From the NCBI GenBank assembly GCA_963842525.1, contig CAWJGT010000019.1:320001-384000 (forward strand): a stretch of DNA of 64,000 nt, given 5' to 3'. Positions within the stretch are counted from its first letter, which is position 1, and each line of letters opens with the position of its first letter. Made by a program: the position numbers and the translations under genes. Below, piece after piece: positions 29,755 through 39,684 of this stretch. Below the pieces are notes generated by a model. The model made no database searches. It saw only the letters and a program-made list of their open reading frames with translations, and was not told where the DNA came from. Source of the stretch: an uncultured Holophagales bacterium. GTDB taxonomy: Bacteria > Acidobacteriota > Thermoanaerobaculia > Multivoradales > UBA5704.

Positions 29755-32417
29755 TCATCGAGCGCCACCGGCCTGGTGCTGGCAGAGCCCGGAGAGCCCG
29801 GGCTCCGAGTAGCTCAGAGCCTTCAGCGTGTTCTCCACAGGGCGCGCTTCTTCGAGGCGGCCGAGGCAGCGCAGCGCAGCGGCCCAGGGAGCCAGCAGGC
29901 GGCCGTCGCGGCCACCGCGGGCGAAGGGAGCGATCGTCTTTTCGGCGCGCTCGAAGTCGGCCCTGGCGGCGGCCGGCGAGCCTTCGAGGCTGCCGAGCAG
30001 CAGGTAGCATTGGCTGAGACAGCGGTGGACGTCACGATCCGGATGCCGTGACGCGGCGAGCTCCTGGAGGATCTTCACCGCGTCGAGTAGGCTGGCGCGG
30101 GCCGGCACGCCATGGGCTACCTGGAGGAGCGCGAGCTGGTAGAGACCGATCGCCTTGGTGCGGCGCCAGGCGTGAGGCGTTTCCCGGGCGAGAAGCTCGT
30201 CGATGATGCGCCGTTCGGCAGCCAACGACGTTCCGGCCTGGGCCAGGTCGCCCCGGGCGTAAGCGGTCCTGCCGAGATGGAGGTGGCTCCAGGCGAGCTT
30301 GAACTGCCAGGAGGCGTTGGCCGGGTCGTGCGCCACGAGGGCGGTGAAGAGGGCGCGCGCCTGCTCGAAATGCCCGGCAGCCGCCGGCCAATCTCCGAGG
30401 AGAGAGAGGTGGATGCCCAGGCGGCTGTGGCTGGTGCCGAGGAGGTCCCGCAGCTCGAAGCTCGCCGGCTCCGCCGCCAGCAGAGACTTTCGGATCTCGA
30501 ATTCCGCTTGCAGATGCTCGCCCGCCTCGGTCAAACGGCCCAGGTCCTGGAGCACTACGCCGACGGTGTTGTGAGTCGCCGCCATCTCGGATTGGGCCTC
30601 GCGGTTCGCCGGCTCGGCCGCGGCCAGCTCCTTGTCGTTCGCGAGGGTGGCCAGGAACTGTGCCAGCGCCGCATCGAGATGGCCCTCGGCCTGGAGCAGC
30701 GAGCCGAGGTTGCTGTGCGCGTAGGAGAAGCTCCCAACGCCACGTGAGATTGGCGGGGTCCTTTTCCACCAGGCGCCGGGAGACGTCGAGATAGGCCTCG
30801 AAGGGCTTTCGCGCCGCCGTGAGGTCGCCCTGTTGCCAGTGGACGAAGCCGACCCAGTACTGGCTCTGGCCGAGGGCGAAGAGCCGTTCGCCGTCGTCCG
30901 GCGCGAGCTCGGCCAACCGCCGGGCGAGGGCCAGCGATTCCTCCATCGGCGCCACCGCGCCTGCCAGATCGCCTTGCTGGATGCGCACGTCGCCGATCTG
31001 GTAGAGCATCTGCGAGCGGCGGAGGAGCTCGGCCTCGCTGAGCTCCTCCGCCGGCACCGCCGCGAAGTACTTCATCGCTTCGCCGCCGACGTCGTCGAGG
31101 ACGTCGAGCCGGCCCAGGGAATCGAGCTTTTTGTGCAGGTCCACCACCATGAAGCGGATGAGCTGCTCGGCCTGGCCTTGCCGCAGCTCGGCGCGCTCCC
31201 TGGCCGCGTCGGCGCGCAACGCGAAGACTGCCACGGCCACGGAGGCGACGAGAAGGCTCGCCGTTGCCGCAGCCGCCAGGCCGGCGAGGAGCTTGTTGCG
31301 CAGGACGAAACGGGTCAGGCGATAGGCGAGGCCGGCGGCGTAGGCCTCGACCACCTCGCCGTCGAGATAGCGCTGGAGGTCCGCGGCCACGGCCCGCGCC
31401 GAGGCATAGCGCTGGTCGGGATCGCGGGCGGTGCAGCGCAGGATGATCGCTTCGAGCTCCACCGGCAGGGTCGGCAGGCGCTGGCGCGGCGGCGGCAGAT
31501 CCTGATCGAGGGCCTGGCGCAGGATGGCGACCGTGTCCTGCCCGGTGAACGGGAGCTTGCCGGTGAGCAGCCGGTAGATGGTGATCCCCAGGCTGTAGAT
31601 GTCCGAGCGGCGGTCGACCGCGGCTGGCGAGGTGCTCAGGCGTTCCGGCGCGATGTACTGGGGCGAGCCTGCGACCGCGTCCATTGCGTCTGCATCTCCG
31701 AGGTCGGTGGCGAGGCCGAAATCGGTGACGAGGGCCTTGAGGTCGCCGTCGGGCGTCTGCTCGACGAGGACGTTCGAAGGCTTGACATCGCGGTGCAGCA
31801 GGCCTTCGCGGTGGGCGGCGTGGAGCCCTTCGGCGGCCTGGGCGAGGAGCCGTACCCTGTGCTCCAGCGAGAGAGTGGCGCCAGCCTCTGCCAGGGTGCC
31901 GCCGGCGACGTAGCGCATCGCGATGAAGGGCTGGCCGTCGAGCTCGCCGCTGTCGTAAATTTCCAGCACATTGGGGTGCTGCACCCGTGCCTGGACGCGT
32001 GCCTCGCCGAGGAAGAGGCGCAGGATCGCCGGATCCTCGTGGGTGAGGAGCTTGAGCGCCACGGACCGGCCGAGCTGGCGGTCGAAGGCCAGCATCACAC
32101 GTCCCATGCCGCCCTCGCCCACGCATTTCCCGGTCGTAGCGTTCGCCGGCCGGTAGCGCCGCGCCCGGCGCCGGTTCGTCGGGCCCATCGGAATCGCCTG
32201 CGGTGCCGGCCAGTCGGACGGCTGCAGGGGTGGCGAGAAACGAGTCGGAAAGGTTTTCGGCGGCGGCAAGACGGCGGCGGGCTTCGGCGGCCAGCCCGAA
32301 ATCGCTGGCGGCGAGGTCGCTGAGGTAGGTTTCGCGCTCGGCGCCGTCGAGGCCGGCGGCCATCAATACGGCCTCGTCCAGGCGCAGGTGGCCACAGGGC
32401 GCCGCCGGCTCGTTCAC
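29755..32417 (-). CDS. Membrane Ser/Thr (Hanks-type) kinase with C-terminal TPR-like domain; frameshifts near 32130 and 30730
   Basis: GEGGMGRV, VALK, HRDVKPSN, DFG, APE, SDIYSLG; TM helix LLAGLAAAATASLLVASVAVAVFAL; helical repeats follow. Confidence 0.92.
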
Positions 32418-32995
32418 ACGATGGGCCTCAGCTCTCCGTGGAGCCAGACCCGGACCGTTTTCCAGTCGCGGACCACGGTGCGCGGCGTGACTTCGAGGAC
32501 TTCCGCCGTCTCTTCGACTGACAGCCCGGCGAAATAGCGCAGCTCGACGAGCTGCTCGTGGCGCGGTTGGATCCCGGCCAGCTTGACCAGGGCCTGATGG
32601 ACCGCCAGGACTTCTTCGGGACGGCGAGCCAACGGATCGGCGATCTCCGGCAAGATCCCGTCGAGCGTCAGCGTCTCCCCTTCACCGCGTTTCTTGGACA
32701 GTTGATGACGCGCTTCGTCGGCGAGGACGAAGCGCATGGCGCGGGCGGCGACGGCGAAGAAGTGGCGGCGATCGCTCCAGTCCACTTCGCTGCCGAGCAG
32801 GCGGAGATAGGCCTTGTGGACCAGGCTCGTGGCCTCGTCCCGGGCTCCTCGGCCCTGACGGCGCAGCACGCCGCGGGCGAGGCTCTTGAGCTCGCCGTAG
32901 AGGATGTGCCAGAGCTCGTCCAGAGCGTCGCCGCTGCCGCCCTGCCAGGCCTGGAGGAGCCGGGTGATCTCGCCGGGGCCTTTGTCGTTCTGCAT
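32414..32995 (-). CDS. ECF sigma factor, TIGR02999/ECF43-like (kinase-associated)
   Basis: EITRLLQAW..ALDELW..LYGELKSLA..ATSLVHKAYLRL..DRRHFFAVAARAMR..LVELRYFAGLSVEETAEVL..RTVVRDW. Stop overlaps the kinase start. Confidence 0.92.
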   Translation of the reverse strand: MQNDKGPGEITRLLQAWQGGSGDALDELWHILYGELKSLARGVLRRQGRGARDEATSLVHKAYLRLLGSEVDWSDRRHFFAVAARAMRFVLADEARHQLSKKRGEGETLTLDGILPEIADPLARRPEEVLAVHQALVKLAGIQPRHEQLVELRYFAGLSVEETAEVLEVTPRTVVRDWKTVRVWLHGELRPIV

Positions 32996-33249
32996 CGGCA
33001 ATCGGCACCGGCGGCTCCGAACCTCCAAGCGCCCCGGGCGTCTCCAGGCACTGTTCCAGTGGTACTCCTCATTTACTGGCGGAAAGTTGCAAGAGATAAG
33101 CACAGATCGACTCCCGCGGTCAACTGGCTTATTGGAATAGTGCCATCGAAGAATGTTGATGTCGGTCGCGCGTACGCTGCGTGTTTGGGAGGGGGAAGGC
33201 TGTGAGGACGGGACACGGACTGGCACGGACGGCAAGGAGAGGGCGAGTG

Positions 33250-33949
33250 ACCAAAGCATCATTTTGATCACCGGATTGCCCGGTCGGGCGGCTTGGCGGA
33301 AATGACTGTCCGGCAATGATTTGCAGGCGAGAAAGCGTCGTGGAGCCCCCTCGCGCCCACCAGAACAGCCGAAAACGAAACAAGTTTCGCTTTTTGCGAC
33401 GCGGAAAAGCCCGCCGGGATTGAGTTTTCTCGATTTTGAAGGTCAAAAAGGCTGGTTCAAACCGGTGTGGAAAGGCAACCGCAGGAAGGTAGTTAAAACC
33501 AGTGGTCTGGTGAGGGTCGGGAGGGGGCGCCGCTGCTGGCGCGGGACGAGCCACCTGAGCGGAGGGAGAGACACGGACGGACACTCCCCCGCCCGGACCC
33601 TCACCCCGACCCTCTCCCACCCGTAGTCCCTTCCCTCCGGGAGAGGGCGCCCCCGACCAAAAAGCCGGACTGACCAAAACTCATGTTCTGATCAGTGGTT
33701 TTCCACACCGGACGGCGTCGCGGAAATGCCTGTCCGGCTTGAGTTTGCTCGCACTGAACCGTCCTCCAGACCCCCCCGCGGCCGGCTCTACCACGGAAAA
33801 CGAAACTGAGTTTCGTTTTCTGCGACGCGGAAACGCCCGCCGGGATTGGGTTTTCCTCGATTTTGAGGGGGCGAAAAAGGCGGTTCAAACCCCTGTAGAA
33901 AGGCAACCGTAGGAAGGTGGTTAAAACCAGCGGTCTGGTGGGGGTCGGG
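33250..33949. repeat. Two diverged ~275-bp non-coding direct repeats (about 33250-33521 and 33672-33949) separated by a REP element
   Basis: Shared blocks e.g. GCGGAAATG.CTGTCCGGC, GAAAACGAAAC..AGTTTCG.TTT.TGCGACGCGGAAA, GAAAGGCAACCG.AGGAAGGT.GTTAAAACCAG.GGTCTGGTG. Confidence 0.85.
33595..33647 (+). repeat. REP-like element of the CCCTCACCCC..CCCTCTCCC..GGGAGAGGG family
   Basis: GGACCCTCACCCCGACCCTCTCCC...GGGAGAGGG hairpin; same family as 51870-52024. Confidence 0.75.
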
Positions 33950-34284
33950 CCGAGGCCCCTTGCAGGGGCCGGAGGGGGGTGGGCGGGGCGGGGTGGTCAA
34001 GATAAACCCGGCAGTTTGGCGCAGCGCTTCGAAGGCATGGCTCCATCGGCCAGAGGAGCCAATCTGGCGGACCTTGTTGCGGGGGGAGGCCCGGGTAGGT
34101 GCCCGCCCCTGGTTAACATAGTGCAGTCCATTATGTTAAGGCGAAGCCCGTAGGCGGGGAGTGGCGCAGGGCGAGGGTCGGATAAAGTCGTTCATTTATC
34201 GGACCCTCGCCCGGCGGGAGGGGGAGCCGCCCCCGCCGGAGCCAGGGGCGGGCAGCTCCCGGGCCGGAGGGTGGGGGAAATCAA

Positions 34285-36295
34285 GATGGGTGGGTGGACG
34301 GAGATTTGGGTGGGCGCACCGGCGGATCGACGGCAGGCTTTCCACGACCACAGTCTCCGGGGCGGCCACCCGGCCTTGTTGAAACACGGCCGCCATCCCC
34401 ACGGCGGAATGGACCTTGAGAGGGTCGGGTGGCGGGGTGCTGCCATCGCACGGCGGTGCCCGGCGCGCGGGGCGGCGGGCTTTGCGCAGCGTCTTGTGGG
34501 GGCGCGCCTGCGAGGAAAGATCCGAGGACGCGGGTGGGTGGCGGGACGTTGCCATCCCCACGGCTGGTTGGACCTCGCGCGGGTGGCGGGACGCTGCCAT
34601 CGCCGCGGCGGCTGCCTGGCGCGCGGGGTGGTAGGTTTTGCGCCAGCGCCTCTGTGGGGGCGCGCCTTCTCGGGAACTCCGCATGGGTATGTTGCCTTCC
34701 CCACCTTCGGATGGAGCTCGAGCGGGCGGGAGCAGGTTGCGGAGCGTCAGCGGAGTCAAGCTGCGTCGGCGGAAAGCTGCGGGGACCACGAGAGCTCTAC
34801 CGCCAGAGTAGCTCCGGTCGGCGGAGCGGGTGGGCGGCTGGGTGGGCCGAGCCGGAGCTTCTCTGGCGGGGCACGGCGGCTCGCAGGCCCTCCTCATCAA
34901 ATAGGTGGGCGGCCGGGGATTGGGTGGGCGCGCCGGAGGACCGGAGGCCGGCTGTTCACGGCCGCAGGCTTCGGGGCTGCCACCCGGCCTTGCAGGATGG
35001 AGGCTCCGACTGCGAAGAGGCTGAGCGCAGAGAGGCGGGAGCAGGTTGCGGAGCGCCCCGCGCGGAGTCAAGCTGCGGGGCGGAAAGCTGAAGGGGCCAC
35101 GATGGCTCTACCGCCGATGGAGCGAGTACGCCCCCGCACGGAGCTGCATCGGCGGGGCACAGCGGCTTGCAGGCCCTCACCATCAAATGGGCGGGCGGGT
35201 GTGGAATCGGGGTGTGCGTCCTGGAGGACCGGAGGCCAGCTGTTCATGGCCGCAGGCTCCAGGACGGACACCCCAGCCTTACAGGATGGAGGCTCCGTCG
35301 GCGAAGAGGCTGAGCGCAGAGAGGGCGGGAGCAGGTTGCGGAGCGCCCCGCGCGGAGTCAAGCTGCGGGGCGGAAAGCTGAAGGGGCCACGATGGCTCTA
35401 CCGCCGATGGGGCGAGTACGCCCCCGCACGGAGCTGCATCGGCGGGGCACGGCGGCTCGCAGGCCCTCACCATCAAATGGGCGGGCGGCCGGGGAATTGG
35501 GTGGGCGCGCCGGAGGACCGGAGGCAGGCTTTTCACGGCCGCAGGCTTCGGGGCGGCCACCCGGCCTTGCAGGATGGAGGCTCCGACTGCGAAGAGGATG
35601 AGCGCAGAGAGGGCGGGAGCAGTTCGGCGGAGCGCCTGCGCGGAGCCGATCTGCGGGGCGGAAAGCTGCGGGGACCACGATCGCTGAGCCGACAGAGGAG
35701 CGGAGGTCGGCGAACCGGACGGGCCGGGGGTGGTTCGCCGACCCGGAGCTGCTCTGTCGGGGCAAGACGGCTCGCAGGCCCTCCCATCAAATGGGCGGGC
35801 GACCGGGAGATTGGGTGGACGCGCCGGAGGACCGGAGGACGGCTTTTCACGGCCGCAGGCTTCGGAGCGGCCACCCGGCCTTTTCAAAAGACGGCCGTCG
35901 TCCCCGCCGGCGGGCGGACCTCGCGCGGGTGGGTGGATGGCGTCGTCGTCCCCGCCCAGGCTGTTGGGCGCCCGGGGTGGTGGCGTGTGCGTCAGCGGAG
36001 TGGTGGGGGCGCGCCTTTCACGGGAGTCTCCGAGGACGCGGGTGGGTGGCCGGGACGTTGCCGTCGCCGCGGTGGGATCGACCTTGCGCGGGTGGTCGGC
36101 GGGGCGCCGCCGTCCCCGCCCGGCTGCGGGAGGCAACGTTTCCGGAAACGAAACTCGGCGGCTGCTACCACCGCGGCGGCCGCCTGGCGCGCGGGGCGGT
36201 GGCGTGTGCGTCAGCGATCAGGTGGGGGCGCGCCTTTTCGAGAACTCCGGGGACGCGGGTGGGTGGCGGGGAGGTTGCCATCGCCGCGAGAGCTG
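34285..36295. repeat. G-rich mosaic of ~290-310 bp degenerate tandem repeats
   Basis: Motif TTGGGTGGGCGCGCCGGAGGACCGGAGGC..CACGGCCGCAGGCTTCGGGGC.GCCACCCGGCCTT recurs near 34305, 34920, 35207, 35497 and 35811; near-identical 290-bp-offset block at about 35020-35185 and 35310-35475. Confidence 0.85.
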
Positions 36296-36324
36296 GCCGG
36301 AGAGGGGATGGGTGGGGGTGTTGC

Positions 36325-38290
36325 CGATCACTTGAATCCGTAGAAATTTGAACCACGAGGTCGGCAGCATCATCCCGCGCGAAGCGGGGTCGGTGGGGCG
36401 CCGGGCCGACGACGCTCAGAGGCTGTTCAGCCGCGCTGCCGCGGATATGCGCCAGCCGTTTCCTCCGATCGACCATGGAGCCCCCCACCTGCCAGGGGAC
36501 CCTTCCCCCTCGGCCACTCCCCCGCTATCCAGGCGGGCAGGTGAGAGGCCTTAATTTAACCGCCACGCCGGCGGCCCTCACTTCGCCCGAGTTCACCCCT
36601 CGAACGTCCTCTGCCTCTCCGACAGCGAGGGAGGCACCGCCGGCCAGGCCCCACTTGATCTCCCCTGAATGGCGCCACCCTCTATCCCTCCCGTGCCCTC
36701 GACGACCACCACCCCGCCTAGCCCCACACCGCCGCCGACCTCCTCCGCCAAGGCACACCAACCTGCCCCTCGGCCAGTTCCTCCAGCTCACTTCCATCGA
36801 GCACCCAACTAACGGCACCCCGTCTAGGCGAGGCCTCTCTCCTCTGCAGGCGGCCCTGATGTCAGAAGCGCTGACCCTAATGGAACACAGAGTTGCGCCC
36901 TCATCCCGCAAGATATAACATCAATACTGTAAAACCTCTTTTGTGGAGAATGGATGATGCGATTTCCTCCTCCCTCACGGGGGCGTAGCGACGCCCTGCA
37001 AGGCTATTTCCCCGGCGGCCGGCCCATACTTCCCGGTCTGGTGCTTCAGGCGCGCGCCGCCAACCTGACGGCCGGCGACGCCACCGCCCTGCCCGCCAAC
37101 TTCTCGCTACCGGCCCAGCGCGGCCAGGAGCTACCGCCCGCCCTGCGCGAGCACATTGAGCGCACTTTCGGCGCCAACCTCTCCTCGGTGCGCATCCACG
37201 TCGGGCCGCAGGCTTTGGCCATCGGCGCGCTGGCCTTCACCGTCGGCGACACCGTCGTGTTCGCCCCCGGCCAGTATGCCCCCGACACCCCGCGCGGCCG
37301 CCAGTTGCTGGGGCACGAGCTGGCTCACGTGCTGCAGCAGCGGGCCGGCCGGGTGCACAACCCGCTGTCCAGCCTGGCGATCGTGCAGAACCCCGCGCTG
37401 GAATGCGAGGCCGAACGCATGGGGCTAAAGGTGCTGATTGCCGCTCCGCCGCTTGAGCGGGCACGCGGCGGCCGGCGCTCGTCGAGTTCCTGCGGGGGGC
37501 GGTGCCAGGACCGCTGCGGGGGCAAGTGCGGCGGCGGGCAGGGCGCGGTGCAGCCCATGATGAGCTCCAACACCAAGACGGACCCGCTTGGCATGATGAC
37601 CCGAGGGGCCTTCAACGCAAAGGAAATGGAGCTGAACCGCCAAGGCCTCAGCCTGGAGAACATCCTCAACGGAACGCGCATACCCAAGAAGCCGGACAAG
37701 TATGGCGCGACCTGCCTGGGCTATCCGGGCGTACAGACCATCTTCGTGGGGGGGCAGCGCTACGACATTCCTTACGACCCGGCCCCTCATTGGTATGCCT
37801 GCTTCGATCCGTGGTCAATCGCCAAAGTGCTCATCGCCTATACCGGCGGGCGTATGGGCGATGCCAACGCCGCCAACTTCGCTAGCCACCGCGCCGCCAC
37901 CCCGGCCTTCTATACCTGGCACCATGTCGAGGATTACGACCCGGGGACCAACCGCGGACACATGCAACTGGTACAGAGCGCGCCGCACAACAACTGCCAC
38001 CACCGGGGCGGTGTCTGGATGTGGCAGAACCACCACGGGCAACTCTACGGCCCGTAATCCGTCACCACCCCCTTGCTCCGCTGGACGGTGGAATAGAGCA
38101 TGTAGTTGTCGTGCAGCCCCGACGCCGACAGCACCGTCACCCCACCGCAAGCATGTGGTGAACCTCTTCGCGGCAGGAGGCGGCCCCCTGTTAACTCTCA
38201 CCCCGATCCGTAGGAATTTGGACAATTCTGGCGCGGAATGATGATGCTGCTCGACCTTATGGTCCAGATTTCTACGGATTCTGGTGATCG
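36325..38290. mobile_element. Cassette bounded by ~50-bp imperfect inverted repeats, enclosing the DUF4157-WHH gene
   Basis: Left CGATCACTTGAATCCGTAGAAATTTGAACCACGAGGTCGGCAGCATCATC; right (reverse complement) CGATCACCAGAATCCGTAGAAATCTGGACCATAAGGTCGAGCAGCATCATC. No transposase inside. Confidence 0.5.
36954..38057 (+). CDS. DUF4157 plus WHH-type HNH nuclease, putative eCIS toxin
   Basis: GQELPPALREHIERTFGANLSSVRIH..ALAFTVG..FAPGQY..GRQLLGHELAHVLQQ; C-term DANAAN..YTWHH..MQLV..H..HHRGG. Confidence 0.9.
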   Translation: MMRFPPPSRGRSDALQGYFPGGRPILPGLVLQARAANLTAGDATALPANFSLPAQRGQELPPALREHIERTFGANLSSVRIHVGPQALAIGALAFTVGDTVVFAPGQYAPDTPRGRQLLGHELAHVLQQRAGRVHNPLSSLAIVQNPALECEAERMGLKVLIAAPPLERARGGRRSSSSCGGRCQDRCGGKCGGGQGAVQPMMSSNTKTDPLGMMTRGAFNAKEMELNRQGLSLENILNGTRIPKKPDKYGATCLGYPGVQTIFVGGQRYDIPYDPAPHWYACFDPWSIAKVLIAYTGGRMGDANAANFASHRAATPAFYTWHHVEDYDPGTNRGHMQLVQSAPHNNCHHRGGVWMWQNHHGQLYGP

Positions 38291-39538
38291 CCTCTCAAGA
38301 AAGTACCCAGTTTCTTCCGGCCATTGTCCGCGCCCCGGGGCCGGTTGCGACGCTATAGTTGGGGAGTCGTCCGCTTCCAGCGGCCGGAGGGCAGAGCGCA
38401 GGACGGTCCAGCCCCCGCGTGGGTGGTGGGCTTCTTCTTTTCCTTTTCCTTCCTGCCTCTTATGGCCTGCTCGTCGAGGCTTTGTGTAGCCGGTCAGCTT
38501 CCATAGCCTTGGGCGGGGGAAAGTGATCGTTCCCACGAAGGATGGAACTCGAATGGGCGGCGGGAGGTGATTGCCCCCGCGGTGTCCGGAGCTTGCGCGA
38601 GGAGGCAATTGCATCCAGCGCGGGCGGTGGAGCTGACCGTCGCCATGGACGGTGGGACTCGCGAATTGGGTGGATGGAGTGGCCGTTTTTGGGAAATCGC
38701 ATAGATAAATGGCTATGCGAAGCCCTTCTTTCCGAGTTCATAAGGCGCCCCGGGCCGAGCCCAGGCCTGCGTGCTGGCTTGTGTAGCCCGCGTGCGGACT
38801 TGCGTGCAGACCTGCGTGCGGCTCCCCCAGAGCTACAGACTTTGCGTGCGGCTTGCGCGGCATTCTGCGGCCCCCACCCCCCTCCGCTCCCTTCGGTTCA
38901 GCTCTCTCGCGGATGAAAATTTCGGCGGAACGGAACGAAACCTGAGGAAATCGCGGAATGACGAATCTAGAATTTTCTCACTAGATCTCAAATGGAGCTC
39001 GGAGCCTGCCTTCGGCGACACAGGGATGAAACAGCGTGCCACTGCCAGCCACCCGCCGCCCACTTCGTTAGAACCGGGGGGCAGGTGCCGCGGTGACCGG
39101 ACCTAGATGGTAGGCTGCCGATGTAGGCCGCTGGAGTGCTCAGCACGCGAACCGACTGGCGAGCCAAGCGGCTTGGCCACTCGATGGCCGTGGCTGGCCG
39201 CTGGCGATCCAGGCGGCTCCAGTGCCTCTGCAAGGCGCTCTACGGCGTTTCCCGGCCGGCGGCAAGGGGCACAAGGGGCGGCACAGCCAACGGGCCCACA
39301 GGCTCAGAGGAGCTGTCAAAAGGGGCTTGGCTTTGATCGGACTGCTGGAGCACGATCGCAAGCAACGGGTGAGAGTGAGGGACCCTGCCCACCGGCCGGC
39401 GATGACGCGGACGCCTTGCTCACAGGAGTCGAGCCCCCAAGCCAGCCAGAGGCATGCTCGGAGGGCCTCGGGTTCCCCCTTCAAGAGGGCCGCGATTCCG
39501 CGGCTCAACAGTCGGCGAGGTGCCCCGCGGCAAGTCTT

Positions 39539-39636
39539 GTTGACACTTTGTTACCCCCTAGTGACCCGGGAGCGCTAGTGAAAAGTGAAGACACTGAAAA
39601 CAAACAACTTACACTCAGTGCCCGGGTCTGGGGGGA
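39539..39636 (+). repeat. Candidate right end of the island: arm-type repeats, AT-rich host-factor-like motif and core
   Basis: GTTACCC 39550 and GTGACCC 39561 (11-bp spacing as on the left), CTGAAAACAAACAACTTAC near 39594, GGGGGGA 39630. Confidence 0.5.
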
Positions 39637-39684
39637 CGAAGGCGAGGCGTTATAGACTCTGCGGAAGATTCGAGGAGACACGAC

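Larger units (their letters stand above)
2089..39636. mobile_element. Putative ~37.5 kb integrated element (defective prophage or genomic island) carrying the eCIS
   Basis: 7-bp GGGGGGA core at 2089-2095 and 39630-39636, each inside CCGGG-nnn-GGGGGGA. GTGACCC-type direct repeats with 11-bp spacing inside both ends. Integrase at the left end and phage replication remnants. Confidence 0.55.

Noticed and set aside
34271-36343. 690-aa plus-strand ORF
   Set aside because: Arg/Gly-rich translation of G-rich repeats whose period is not a multiple of 3; no recognisable domain.
36841-36953. Fifth ECF promoter copy upstream of the DUF4157-WHH gene
   Set aside because: TGTC at about 36860 is followed after 18 nt by GGAAC, not GCGAT.
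38198-39578. Short ORFs between the toxin cassette and the island right end
   Set aside because: No motifs or convincing RBS and overlapping in several frames; probably decayed element DNA.
39419-39642. tRNA fragments (selC-like CACAGGAGTCGA near 39421; tRNA-Pro anticodon-like GTCTGGGGGGAC near 39626)
   Set aside because: Matches are only about 12 nt and no cloverleaf, T-arm or acceptor stem can be built.
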